A DNA stretch of 64,000 nucleotides, taken from NCBI GenBank assembly GCA_036149055.1, contig JAYZQJ010000004.1, positions 79,795 through 143,794 of the forward strand. The letters run 5' to 3'. A model generated the notes under the pieces. That model was not told the origin of the DNA, ran no database searches, and worked only from the letters and a program-made list of their open reading frames with translations. Shown in pieces: positions 36,099 to 45,423 of the stretch (its first letter is position 1; every line of letters starts with the position of its first letter). The translations under genes were made by a program, and so were the position numbers. Origin of the DNA: Myxococcota bacterium (lineage in GTDB: Bacteria; Myxococcota_A; Polyangia; Polyangiales; Sandaracinaceae).

Positions 36099-36272
36099 CC
36101 CGACCCCGGCCCCCCGGTCGATGCCGGCTCTGCCCTCGTCGAATCGGTGCGAGCTCGGCTGCGGCGCGGGCCACCGGGCGCCCTCGAGGAGGTGCTGGCG
36201 GGAACATGGGAAGAACGCGCCGTGCTCCGCGACGAAGCAGCGGCGGCTCCGACCGAAGCCGGAGCCGCTTCG

Positions 36273-36593
36273 TCAGTGCAACATCTTCCAGGTCACCGCG
36301 CGCGCCTTGTCGGCCCAGTCCGCGAGCGGCGTGACCGTCTCCTCGCTCACGTAGCCCAGCCCGACGGCCGCGAGCAGCCACACCCGCGCCTCGCCGGCGG
36401 AGCCGTAGGCGGTCTCGAACCGCTCGCGCTGGTGCCCGCCGCGCCGGTTCTCGCCCTCGCCGAGGTTGCCGACCACGCTCGACGCGCTGTCGCGCAGCTG
36501 CCGAGCGAGGTTCTTGTCCTGCTTCGCGATGGCCTCCCAGACGGGCCGGACGCGGGTGAGCCAGTCGATCGCTTCCGAGGTGATGTCGAGCAT
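36273..36593 (-). CDS. Four-helix-bundle protein (23S rRNA IVS-protein-like)
   Basis: 106 aa, LARQLRDSASSVVGNLGEG and AYGSAGE motifs, GY near the C-terminus. Confidence 0.88.
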   Translation of the reverse strand: MLDITSEAIDWLTRVRPVWEAIAKQDKNLARQLRDSASSVVGNLGEGENRRGGHQRERFETAYGSAGEARVWLLAAVGLGYVSEETVTPLADWADKARAVTWKMLH

Positions 36594-36885
36594 CGTTCTC
36601 TCCGAGGAGGCGGCCCGCGCAACGCTGTGTCGCGCATCGTCCTCCACCTCCCTCCGCGCCGGGCGCGGACGGGCTAGTCAAGGACGAGCGAGCGCAGCGA
36701 GCGAAGCCGGCGTAGCCGGCGCCGCAGGCGTCCTTTACTCGCCCGGCGGCGTCCGGCACCGTCAGAGGAGGAGGACGAGGCGCCAACACGTCTGCCTCTC
36801 ATGCGGGCTCGACGGGGGCGTAGCCGGCAGCGGGGAGCGGCAGCGAGGCCGGCAGCGGGGCCGGCAGCGGCAGCGGGGGCCGGGG

Positions 36886-37107
36886 TCGGAGTTGGCGTCG
36901 GAGTCGGAGTCGGAGTCGGAGTCGGAGTCGGAGTCGGAGTCGGAGTCGGAGTCGGAGTCGGAGTCGGAGTCGGACCCGGCGCCGGATTCGGATTCGGATT
37001 CGGATTCGGATTCGGGCTCGGATTCGGGCTCGGACTCGGATTCGGATTCGGAGTCGGACTCGAGCTCGGATTCGGCGTCGGACTCGGATGCGCCGTCGGA
37101 CTCAGAC
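36886..37107 (+). repeat. Hexamer tandem repeat (TCGGAN-type), ~36 units
   Basis: 12 perfect TCGGAG units (36898-36969) followed by TCGGAT/TCGGAC/TCGGGC variants. Confidence 0.95.
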
Positions 37108-37123
37108 CGCCCCGAGACCGTCA

Positions 37124-37266
37124 GAGATCGATGAAACGAATAGGATCGTCCCCGCTCTCCGGCTGCGACCGGGCTGGTCCGTCTCCTGCCGAAAGACGAT
37201 ATGACGACGAGCGTCCCCGAGGTCGGCGGAGATCGATGAAACGAACGGGATCGTCCCCGCTCTCCG
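37124..37266 (+). repeat. Two 38-bp direct repeats enclosing the right copy of the 32-bp repeat
   Basis: GAGATCGATGAAACGAAYRGGATCGTCCCCGCTCTCCG at 37124-37161 and 37229-37266; the 32-bp repeat lies at 37188-37219. Confidence 0.9.
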
Positions 37267-37292
37267 CTTGGGGATCGGGGAAGGTCGTCTCT

Positions 37293-38375
37293 TTACTGCA
37301 ACGGCGGCGGGTTCTGGAGGCAGGCGCGGAGCTCGGGCGTCTCGGTCCAGCCGCAGTCTCCGTTCGCCTGGCGCTCGCAGGTCGCGCTGCGGTAGCAGGC
37401 GTGCTCGGGGCGGGCGACGCAGATGCTGGCCCGGTCTCCCTGGGCCGGGTCGACGCAGAGCTCGCCGCCGCAGCCGGTGCGCCGGCAGGCCTGCGCGCCG
37501 GGGGCTCCTCCGCCGCCGCCGCCGCCGGCCGCGCACTCGCCCTGGTGGCGGACCGAGACGCCGGCCGCCGCGGCGCCGCAGGCGTTGGAGTAGGTCTGGC
37601 CGTCGCAGCCGCAGACCGGGCGGAACTCGCGGGTGCAGACGGTCGGGCGCGGGCGGCAGGTGCCGGGGTGGTCGGTCTCCCCGCACTGCGCGGTCTCCGG
37701 GTGCTGGCAGAAGAGGCCCTCGCCGCAGGGCGCGAAGCCGCGGGTGCCGCAGGTGTCGCCCTCGGCGCCGGCCGCGTCGCCGTCACCGGGCGGCGGCTCG
37801 GAGACCGGGGGCATGCCCTGGCAGTACGAGGGGCAGGGCGCACGGATGCACTGGACGAAGGCGCACTGCGAGCCGGTCGGGCAGGCGCCGCCGGCGCCGC
37901 ACTCCACGCGACACTCGTCCGAGGCGCAGCGCACGCTCAGCGAGAACGGCGCCGCCGCGCCCGCCGGGCCGAGGACCGCGAGCAGGTAGCTGCCGTCCTG
38001 GGGCGCGTCGAAGCCGACCTCGCCGTCGCCACCGCCGCGCGCGAGGAAGGGCGCCTCGTTCCACTCGCGGGTGAGCGGGCCGTACACCAGGACCTCGCTC
38101 GTCGGCTGCGCCTGGAGGGTGATCCCCACGCGCGCCCCGCCGGACGCCGACAGCACGTAGCCGACCGCCACCCCCTCCTGACCGCTGAGGTGGCCCTGGC
38201 GGGTCTGGTCGAAGGAGATGTTGTCCGCGATCTGGACGTCGCTGGGCCCCGCGGGGCGCGGGACCGGATGGCTGACCTGGCCGCCGTGGCGGACCGGCTC
38301 GTCGACGTGCTCGACGTAGCAGCCGGTGGCGACGAGGGTGAGGGCGAGGCAAGGGAGGATGTTCTTCATGTTCAT
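37293..38375 (-). CDS. Cys-rich lipoprotein with Kazal-type protease-inhibitor domain
   Basis: Lipobox [25 protein letters not shown]azal motif; further Cys modules ([18 protein letters not shown]). Confidence 0.8.
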   Translation of the reverse strand: MNMKNILPCLALTLVATGCYVEHVDEPVRHGGQVSHPVPRPAGPSDVQIADNISFDQTRQGHLSGQEGVAVGYVLSASGGARVGITLQAQPTSEVLVYGPLTREWNEAPFLARGGGDGEVGFDAPQDGSYLLAVLGPAGAAAPFSLSVRCASDECRVECGAGGACPTGSQCAFVQCIRAPCPSYCQGMPPVSEPPPGDGDAAGAEGDTCGTRGFAPCGEGLFCQHPETAQCGETDHPGTCRPRPTVCTREFRPVCGCDGQTYSNACGAAAAGVSVRHQGECAAGGGGGGGAPGAQACRRTGCGGELCVDPAQGDRASICVARPEHACYRSATCERQANGDCGWTETPELRACLQNPPPLQ

Positions 38376-38485
38376 GGCTCCGACGTCGTGACGGGTCGGG
38401 TTGTTCAGCGGCGTGTAGCTCCCGCGGAGCCCGCGTCCACCTCGGTCACGACATTTGGCGTATGCTCCGGGGCTCGGAGAACCCC

Positions 38486-38962
38486 ATGACCACACCTCAC
38501 ATGTCGCCTCGCGTGGCCGCCGGCCTCGTCGCGCTGCTGCTCGGGACCGCCTGCGGTGGGGCCACGACGGAGCTCGCGACCGATCCGGAGGCTCCGCTCG
38601 AGGTCGAGCTCCGCGGCAACCGCATCGTGTTCAACCACAAGCTCCAGTTCGAGTGGGACAGCGCGCAGATCCTCGAGGAGAGCTACCCGATCCTCGATCG
38701 CATCTGCGAGCTGCTGGCCGAGCACGAGGAGATCTTCCGCGTGCAGGTGCAGGGCCACACGAGCGTCGACGGCCAGGAGCAGCACAACCAGGAGCTGTCG
38801 GCCGCCCGCGCCGAGGCGGTGGCGGAGTACCTCCGCGGGCACGGCGTCACCCAGGAGATCACCTCACAGGGCTACGGCGAGACCTACCCGGTGTGCCGCG
38901 ACGAGACCGAGGAGTGTCACCTCCAGAACCGCCGCGTCGAGTTCTTCGTCGACTCGCGATAG
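38486..38962 (+). CDS. OmpA-family peptidoglycan-binding lipoprotein
   Basis: Lipobox [32 protein letters not shown]. Confidence 0.9.
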   Translation: MTTPHMSPRVAAGLVALLLGTACGGATTELATDPEAPLEVELRGNRIVFNHKLQFEWDSAQILEESYPILDRICELLAEHEEIFRVQVQGHTSVDGQEQHNQELSAARAEAVAEYLRGHGVTQEITSQGYGETYPVCRDETEECHLQNRRVEFFVDSR

Positions 38963-39122
38963 TGCAGAGATCCGACCGGTAGAAGGGGAGATGGCGCCGG
39001 ACCGGCGTTTCAGGGCAAGGCGCGACGACGAGTCGATGCACCGCATCGGCGAGGAGGAGCAACGCCGCCCTGGAGCGTCGGGACAAGCCAGGTCCCCTTC
39101 TACCGGGATGGATCTCGCACTA
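38960..39122 (+). other. Rod-like hairpin element (structured RNA or MITE candidate)
   Basis: Nested stems incl. CCGGTAGAAGGGGA/TCCCCTTCTACCGG, a 15-bp stem with three G-U pairs and an apical 8-bp stem. Confidence 0.65.
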
Positions 39123-39123
39123 G

Positions 39124-39318
39124 TCAGACGACGCAGCCGCGGCGGCGGAGCTCGGTCGCGACGTGGGCGCGGCACATGCGCAGGGCGGCGAGCAGCCCGC
39201 GGCCGGCCGGATCGAGGGCGCCGTCCTCCAGCTCGAGGATCTCGCGGCTGAGGCGGGCGTGCTCGGCGACCGCCAGGGAGAGGCGGGGATCGTCTCGATG
39301 AACGAAAGACTGTTTCAC
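39124..39318 (-). CDS. Small hypothetical protein
   Basis: GGAGG 5 nt before GTG; 64-aa helical ORF with typical codon usage. Confidence 0.45.
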   Translation of the reverse strand: MKQSFVHRDDPRLSLAVAEHARLSREILELEDGALDPAGRGLLAALRMCRAHVATELRRRGCVV

Positions 39319-39443
39319 TGCATCCTCCACGCGGCGGAGTCTGGCGCGGAGGACGGGAAGCGCTAGAGACGGTTGGGTGACGTGACGAAGTCGACGCGGC
39401 GCGGATCGTTTCGGAGTATCATGCGGGCGCGAAAGGGTTGACG

Positions 39444-40346
39444 ATGGGCGACGATTGGAACGGACCGGACTTCGCCGACGAGACCCTCCCCGTGCTCCGT
39501 CCACGGCGGGCCGAGCGCAAGGCGCCCGAGGCGCACCCGATGGACATCGCCGGGCAGACCGACGTCGGCTGCGCGCGGGATCACAACGAGGACACCTTCC
39601 TGATCGCCGACCTCGGGCGCTGGCTGGAGATCCGGGACGGCTCGCTCTCGATGCCGGAGGCGCAGCGGCGCATCCCCGGCCCCAAGGGGACCTTCCTCAT
39701 GGTGGCCGACGGCATGGGCGGGCACGGCGGCGGCGAGGTCGCGAGCGCGGTCGCGGTCGACATGATCGCGCAGTTCGCGCTCTACGCGATGCCCTGGGTC
39801 ACCGCGCCGAGCGACGAGGACGAGAAGGAGCTCTGCGAGCAGCTCGGGAACGCGCTGAGCCAGTGCCAGTCCCGCCTCGAGAAGGTCGCCGCGCGCAAGG
39901 AGATCGACCAGCTCAACCCGGGCACCACGCTCACCGTGGGCTACGTGCTCTGGCCCAAGCTCTACGTCAGCCACGCCGGCGACAGCCGCCTCTACCTCCA
40001 GCGCGGCGACCGGCTGGTGCAGATCACGCGGGACCACACGGTCGGCCAGGCGCTCCGCGAGTCCGGCGCGATCCCCGCGGGACCCAGCCGCTTCGACCAC
40101 ATCCTGGTGAACGTGGTCGGCGGCGGCGGGGAGCGAGTCGACGCCGAGGCGCACGCGCTCACCCTCGAGCCGGGCGACCGCGTGCTGCTCTGCAGCGACG
40201 GGCTCAACGGCCACGTGGCCGACGCCACCATCCTGCACGAGCTCCGCACCGCGCACACCTCGCGCGAGGTCTGCGAGCGCCTGATCGAGGCCGCCAAGGC
40301 GGGCGGCGGCCTCGACAACATCACGGTCGTCGTCGCCTCGTTCTAG
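39444..40346 (+). CDS. PP2C-family Ser/Thr phosphatase
   Basis: RDHNED, VADGMGGH, GTTLT, HAGDSR, LCSDGL, GGLDNIT. Confidence 0.93.
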   Translation: MGDDWNGPDFADETLPVLRPRRAERKAPEAHPMDIAGQTDVGCARDHNEDTFLIADLGRWLEIRDGSLSMPEAQRRIPGPKGTFLMVADGMGGHGGGEVASAVAVDMIAQFALYAMPWVTAPSDEDEKELCEQLGNALSQCQSRLEKVAARKEIDQLNPGTTLTVGYVLWPKLYVSHAGDSRLYLQRGDRLVQITRDHTVGQALRESGAIPAGPSRFDHILVNVVGGGGERVDAEAHALTLEPGDRVLLCSDGLNGHVADATILHELRTAHTSREVCERLIEAAKAGGGLDNITVVVASF

Positions 40347-40363
40347 GTTCTAGCAGCGCGGTG

Positions 40364-40591
40364 CTAGCGCCGGAAGAAGTCGGCGAGCGGGTAGGCGGTG
40401 ATCGACTGGATGGTGCGCTTCTTCATCGGCTGCGCCGGCGCCTCGGTGGCGTCCTCCAGATAGCGACGGCCGAGGTCGTCCACGCTCGGGTTGAGCGGCT
40501 GGCGCTTCGGCGGGCCGTCACCGTCGTCCTCGAACACGTCGTAGACCTCGTCGTCGGGCGTGATGTCGTCGCAGTTCAGATCGTCTTCCAT
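40364..40591 (-). CDS. Small acidic hypothetical protein
   Basis: AGGAG RBS; 75 aa with typical codon bias. Confidence 0.55.
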   Translation of the reverse strand: MEDDLNCDDITPDDEVYDVFEDDGDGPPKRQPLNPSVDDLGRRYLEDATEAPAQPMKKRTIQSITAYPLADFFRR

Positions 40592-40767
40592 GCAGATGCT
40601 CCTCTTTCTGCGAGGAGCTTCCGCAAGAGCGACGCCAGCCCGGGTGGCCGGGGCGCGGGGCGCCGCGCCGCGCCAGCGCATCCCGACGTGGCGGATCGAC
40701 ACGCCTCGATCGCCGCGCGCCTCGACCGGGCGGGGGAGGCACGGAGCGTGCTGCACTTCGCCCCACC

Positions 40768-41268
40768 ATGGAAGAAGTCCTCGCTCGGCTCCAGCTCGAC
40801 GGTGTGGACGCGGTCGATCTCGCGGTGAACGTGAGCGTGCTCGCGATCGCGCTGCTCTTCTCCATGCCGGTCGCCTGGGACCGCGAGAAGAGCACGCGCG
40901 CGATGGGCCTGCGCACCTTTCCCCTGGTCGCGGTGGCGAGCGCGGCCTTCGTGCTCGTCGGGCGCGCGGTCATCGGCGACGGCGACCCCGACGCGCACGC
41001 GCGGGTCATCCAGGGGCTCGTGGCCGGCATCGGCTTCATCGGCGGCGGCGCCATCCTGAAGAAGGGTGACCGGGTCCTGGGCGCGGCCACCGCGGCGGCG
41101 ATCTGGGCCACCGCCGGGATCGGCCTCGCGGTCGCCCACGGGCTCTACGCGGTCGCCGGCGTGCTCTCGCTCCTGAGCTTCGCGGTGCTCCGGCTGCTCC
41201 GCCCGGTGAAGGAGGCGATGAACGGCAACGACCAGTGGGCCGACGGGGTGAGCGACGAAGAGGAGTGA
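40768..41268 (+). CDS. MgtC/SapB family membrane protein
   Basis: GLRTFPLV, GIGFIGGGAIL, TAAAIWATAGIG. Confidence 0.9.
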   Translation: MEEVLARLQLDGVDAVDLAVNVSVLAIALLFSMPVAWDREKSTRAMGLRTFPLVAVASAAFVLVGRAVIGDGDPDAHARVIQGLVAGIGFIGGGAILKKGDRVLGAATAAAIWATAGIGLAVAHGLYAVAGVLSLLSFAVLRLLRPVKEAMNGNDQWADGVSDEEE

Positions 41269-41314
41269 GGCGCCGCGGATTGTCTCGGGCCGGGGTGGTC
41301 CTAGGAGCAGGGGC

Positions 41315-43015
41315 GTGAAGAAGGTCGCTCAGCGTTCTCTCTGGCTGCTCGTCTTCGCGCTCGCGGCGAGCGCGTGCGGCGGCTCCAACCTGCGTCGCTT
41401 CGCGGCGCGCCCGGTCGTCTGGGACGACGCGGCGGATCGGCGCCCGTTCCGGCCGGCGCCCGAAGAGACCCACGTGACCAACTCGTGGCCGGCGATGGAC
41501 AGCCTGATCTTCAGGCCGCTGAGCCAGGTCTGGCTCTTCGAGCCGGGGACCCGCTCGCTGAACGTCAACGCGGTCGACGAGGTCCCCGACTCGAGCTGGT
41601 ACCAGAACCGGATCTCGCGCCGGCCGATGAGCCCGGAGGAGGTCGCGCGCGGCGCCTGCCCCGAGCTCGACCTGCCGGTGCGCGCGCCGTGGCGGATCGT
41701 CGACGGCAAGATCGACGGCGCGACCCTCGGCTTCCAGATCGAGGACGCCGACGGCAACCGCTACGTCCTGAAGATCGACCGAGCCCAGCAGCCCGAGCAG
41801 GCGACGGCGGCCGACGCGGTCGTCTCGTCGATTTTCCACGCGGCCGGCTACCACGTGCCCTGCAACCGGGTGGTCTTCTTCGAGCGCGACGAGCTGGTGA
41901 TCTCCGCCGACGCGACCCTCTCCCACGCGGGCGGCGAGGAGCCGCTGACCTCCGACCACGTCGAGCGGGTCCTCGACGCGGCGCAGCGCACCGCCGACGG
42001 GCGCTATCGCGCGACGGTCAGCCTCTACATCGACGGCCGCCCGATCGGGCCCTGGGACTACCGCGGCACCCGCGACGACGACCCGAACGACGTGATCCCG
42101 CACGAGCGGCGGCGCGAGCTGCGGGGCATGTACGTGCTCGCGGCCTGGGTCGGCCGGTGGGACGCGCGCCCGCACAACACCCTCAGCGCCTGGGTCGATC
42201 GCGGCCCCCAGGGCGGCTACGTGCGCCACTACGTGATCGACTTCGGCGAGTGCCTCGGCCTCGTCGAGGGCAACCACCGGCGCGCGAGGCGCTTCGGCCA
42301 CTCGCAGTGGCTGGACACCCAGCACGTGGTCGAGGACGCGCTGACCTTCGGCGTCGTGCGCCGCCCCTGGGACGACGCGCCGGAGGGCCCGGAGGTCCTG
42401 GGCAACTTCGACGTCGAGCACTTCGACGCCGACCAGTTCCGCCCGGACTACTGGAACGGCGCCTTCGACGCGCGCTCGGAGGCGGACTCGGCCTGGATGG
42501 CCCGGATCATCGCCCGCTTCGACCGGCCGCACCTCGAGGCCGTCGTCCAGCTCGGGCGCTACAGCGATCCCGAGGTCCAGCGCACCCTCGTCGACGTCCT
42601 GATGGGTCGCCGCGAGCGCATCCTCGAGCGCTACCTCACCCGGCTGTCGCCGCTGAGCGACCCGCGCCTGCGCACCACCGCGGGCGGCGCGGAGGCCTGC
42701 TTCACCGACCTCGCCGTCGCCAGCGGCATCCGGGACGCCGCCGACCGGTCGCACCTGGCGCGGATCTACGCCGGCGACCCGCTCGCCCCGGTGTCCTCCC
42801 CGGACGTCCGGACCGGAGCCGGCGGCGAGATCTGCGTGCCGGTGCCGGCTCGCTCCGCCGAGTCCGCGGAGGAGGGCTACGTGGTCGTCGACGTGCACGC
42901 GTCGACCCCGGGCCGCGATCAGCCGGCGCCGCTCCGCCTCCACCTCGTCATGAACGGCGCCAACGCCCAGATCGTGGGCCTCGAGCGCCCCGAGGGTCAC
43001 TCTCCTCCCAGCTGA
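41315..43015 (+). CDS. Lipoprotein with atypical kinase-like motifs
   Basis: Lipobox ASAC; YVLKID, WDARPHN and YVIDFG in kinase-like order. Confidence 0.6.
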   Translation: MKKVAQRSLWLLVFALAASACGGSNLRRFAARPVVWDDAADRRPFRPAPEETHVTNSWPAMDSLIFRPLSQVWLFEPGTRSLNVNAVDEVPDSSWYQNRISRRPMSPEEVARGACPELDLPVRAPWRIVDGKIDGATLGFQIEDADGNRYVLKIDRAQQPEQATAADAVVSSIFHAAGYHVPCNRVVFFERDELVISADATLSHAGGEEPLTSDHVERVLDAAQRTADGRYRATVSLYIDGRPIGPWDYRGTRDDDPNDVIPHERRRELRGMYVLAAWVGRWDARPHNTLSAWVDRGPQGGYVRHYVIDFGECLGLVEGNHRRARRFGHSQWLDTQHVVEDALTFGVVRRPWDDAPEGPEVLGNFDVEHFDADQFRPDYWNGAFDARSEADSAWMARIIARFDRPHLEAVVQLGRYSDPEVQRTLVDVLMGRRERILERYLTRLSPLSDPRLRTTAGGAEACFTDLAVASGIRDAADRSHLARIYAGDPLAPVSSPDVRTGAGGEICVPVPARSAESAEEGYVVVDVHASTPGRDQPAPLRLHLVMNGANAQIVGLERPEGHSPPS

Positions 43016-43114
43016 AACCCCTTGCATTTCGGGGCGGCGTCGATCTATGTGCGCTGCGTGGCGCGCGGCCCCACGACGGTCGCCGCGCCGGGTTCTGGCT
43101 AGAGGAGAGCAAGC

Positions 43115-43561
43115 ATGCGAGCGGTCTCGGTCCAATCATCCGAGCGCGGTCACCTACGCGTCTGGGGAACCGGCAGCTTCGAGAACGAGGCGGCCATGCG
43201 CTGGGTGGAGAACCTGGAGGACGCCCCCGACCTGGAGTGGGTCGTCTCGTCTCTGGACGAGGTGCTCGAGGCGGACGAGGCCGGAGACGCGCCCGATCCC
43301 CAGTCGGCCTCCCGCGCGATCGCGGCCGCCGAGACCGTCGCGGCGCTCGCCAGCGAGCCTGGCCCGCAGCTCCCGGAGGAGGTCCGGCAGTGGTGCTTCG
43401 ACAACCCGGGCGCCGAGCTCGACGAGATCACCCCGCGGGCGCTCCAGGCGCTCGGCGTGGTGCTCGGGGAGTCCGAGCTGCGCGAGGTCTACGAGGCCGC
43501 CGGCGAGCTCGAGGGCTGGGAGGCCGAGGTCGAAGGCCTGCGGGATCGCCTCCGCGGTTGA
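43115..43561 (+). CDS. DUF4259-like protein
   Basis: WGTGSFENEAA, AIAAAETVA, SELREVY motifs. Confidence 0.75.
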   Translation: MRAVSVQSSERGHLRVWGTGSFENEAAMRWVENLEDAPDLEWVVSSLDEVLEADEAGDAPDPQSASRAIAAAETVAALASEPGPQLPEEVRQWCFDNPGAELDEITPRALQALGVVLGESELREVYEAAGELEGWEAEVEGLRDRLRG

Positions 43562-43602
43562 AGAATTCGCGGTCGCCCGCGTAAGTTGGCGCGAGCGCTC
43601 GC

Positions 43603-45384
43603 ATGTCCGCGATCCAAAGCCCGCCCCGCTTCGCCGCGTTCGGTCGCTACCTGCTGCTCGAGCGGATGGCGACCGGCGGCATGGCCGAGGTGTACCTCGC
43701 CAAGCACTTCGCCGAGACGGGCGAGGTCAGCGATCTGCTCGCGGTCAAGCGCATCCGGCCCTCGCTCGCCGCGGACTCCGAGTTCATCCGGATGTTCCTC
43801 GACGAGGCCAAGATCGCGGGGCAGCTGCACCACCCCGGGATCGTCCAGATCCGCGAGCTCGGCCGCATCGGCGCCAGCCACTACCTCGCGATGGACTTCG
43901 TCTGGGGCAAGGACCTGCTCCAGATCATCCGGCGGTGCCGCATGCTCGGCGCGCAGCTCTCGCCGCCGCTCGTGGCCTGGCTCGGCGCGAGCCTCTGCGA
44001 GGCGCTGCACTACGCGCACACCCGGAGCGACAAGCACGGCGAGCCGATGCGGATCATTCACCGCGACGTCTCGCCGCAGAACGTGCTCGTCAGCTTCGAC
44101 GGCCGGGTGAAGGTGATCGACTTCGGCATCGCCAAGGCGGCGTCGCGCAGCACCCACACCCAGGCCGGCGTGCTCAAGGGCAAGGTCGGTTACATGAGCC
44201 CCGAGCAGGTGCAGGGGAAGCGCATCGACCACCGCTCGGATCTCTTCGCGGTGGGGACCTGCCTCTGGGAGCTGCTGACCCTGCGCTCGCTCTTCGCGCG
44301 CGAGAACAACTACGACGCGATGGAGAACGTGCGCCACGCGCGGACCCACCCGGTGCGGAAGCTCCGGCCGGACGTGCCGGAGGCGTTCGCGGCGGTGCTC
44401 GACCGCGCGCTCCAGGCGGACCCCGAGCAGCGCTGGCAGAGCGCGCGGGACATGAAGGAGGCGCTGCTCCGCTACGTGAGCGACGCCGACCCGAGCTTCG
44501 ATCGCGTCACCGCGGTGGGCTGGATGCGGGACGCGTTCCGCAAGGAGTTCCACCTCGAGCGGGGCCGGCTCGAGGCCTTCGATCAGCTGGGGCGGCCCCA
44601 GGTGCGGCCGACCGACGAGCCGCGGCGGACCTCGGTGGTCGACCTCCAGATCCCCGACGCCGCGCCGCCGGACCCCGAGTGGGCCACCGAGCACGCGACC
44701 ATCGATCTCGATCTGCTCGCTCCCTTCGACGGCGGGCCGCCGATCGGGCCGGACGAGGTCTTCTTCACCGCCACCGAGATCACCGAGCCGCCGATCCCGC
44801 AGACCGATCCCGGGCAGACGGTCGGCTCGGACGCGCCCCCGCCCCACGAGGCCGAGCCCGAGCCCCAGCCCGAGCCCCAGCCCGATCCGCAGCCGCTCCC
44901 GATGGGGGGCGACGTCTCGGTCGCGCCCCAGCGCATCGACTCCCAGGTGATCCGGTCGCTGATGCCCACCGAGGACGCCGAGGCGGAGGAGCGCAAGCGC
45001 TCGGCCCGGGAGCCGACCGCCCGGCAGCAGATCCCTCCGCGGGACGCCATCGCCCCGCCGGGCCGCCGCGGGAGCGGCGCCTTCGCCAAGGTGCTGGTGG
45101 CCCTGGTGTTCCTCGCCCTCGGCGTGGGCGGCGGCTGGGTGTGGTTCACGATGGCCGGTCGCGCGACCATCGAGGTGCGCACCGTGCCCGACGTGGGCGC
45201 GATCGTGCTCTTCGACGGCGCGAGCCGCGGGGCCGCCCCGCTCCGGCTGGAGGAGGTCGCCCCCGGCCGGCACGCGGTGACGATCGTCGCCGACGGCTAC
45301 CGGGACGTGACCCGGGAGCTCGACGTGGCCAGCCACGCCCACGTGGTGGTCGAGGTGGCCCTCGAGCCGCTCGACGATCCATGA
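43603..45384 (+). CDS. Membrane Ser/Thr protein kinase with C-terminal PEGA domain
   Basis: GGMAEVY, AVKRI, HRDVSPQN, DFGIAK, YMSPEQ, TM, PEGA. Confidence 0.94.
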   Translation: MSAIQSPPRFAAFGRYLLLERMATGGMAEVYLAKHFAETGEVSDLLAVKRIRPSLAADSEFIRMFLDEAKIAGQLHHPGIVQIRELGRIGASHYLAMDFVWGKDLLQIIRRCRMLGAQLSPPLVAWLGASLCEALHYAHTRSDKHGEPMRIIHRDVSPQNVLVSFDGRVKVIDFGIAKAASRSTHTQAGVLKGKVGYMSPEQVQGKRIDHRSDLFAVGTCLWELLTLRSLFARENNYDAMENVRHARTHPVRKLRPDVPEAFAAVLDRALQADPEQRWQSARDMKEALLRYVSDADPSFDRVTAVGWMRDAFRKEFHLERGRLEAFDQLGRPQVRPTDEPRRTSVVDLQIPDAAPPDPEWATEHATIDLDLLAPFDGGPPIGPDEVFFTATEITEPPIPQTDPGQTVGSDAPPPHEAEPEPQPEPQPDPQPLPMGGDVSVAPQRIDSQVIRSLMPTEDAEAEERKRSAREPTARQQIPPRDAIAPPGRRGSGAFAKVLVALVFLALGVGGGWVWFTMAGRATIEVRTVPDVGAIVLFDGASRGAAPLRLEEVAPGRHAVTIVADGYRDVTRELDVASHAHVVVEVALEPLDDP

Positions 45385-45423
45385 ATTTCGAGCCTCGCGG
45401 CGTCGCTGGTACGTTCGGCGGCG

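Noticed and set aside
36273..36593. Diversity-generating retroelement (Avd) or rRNA intervening sequence
   Set aside because: No reverse transcriptase, no TR/VR pair with adenine-specific mismatches, and no rRNA sequence in the window.
36466..37134. Ser-Glu/Ser-Asp repeat protein (SD-repeat adhesin-like)
   Set aside because: The ORF overlaps the four-helix-bundle gene antisense and lacks a signal peptide or RBS; the repeat is open in several frames simply because the hexamers lack stops.
37124..37266. Mini CRISPR array
   Set aside because: Only two repeats, not palindromic, and the 67-bp spacer itself contains another repeat.
38486..38962. Displaced MotB
   Set aside because: It is a short lipoprotein with only the OmpA-like domain; there is no MotB TM with the conserved Asp and no motA neighbour.
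38960..39122. Integron attC site
   Set aside because: Lacks RYYYAAC/GTTRRRY ends, and no integrase or cassette array is present.
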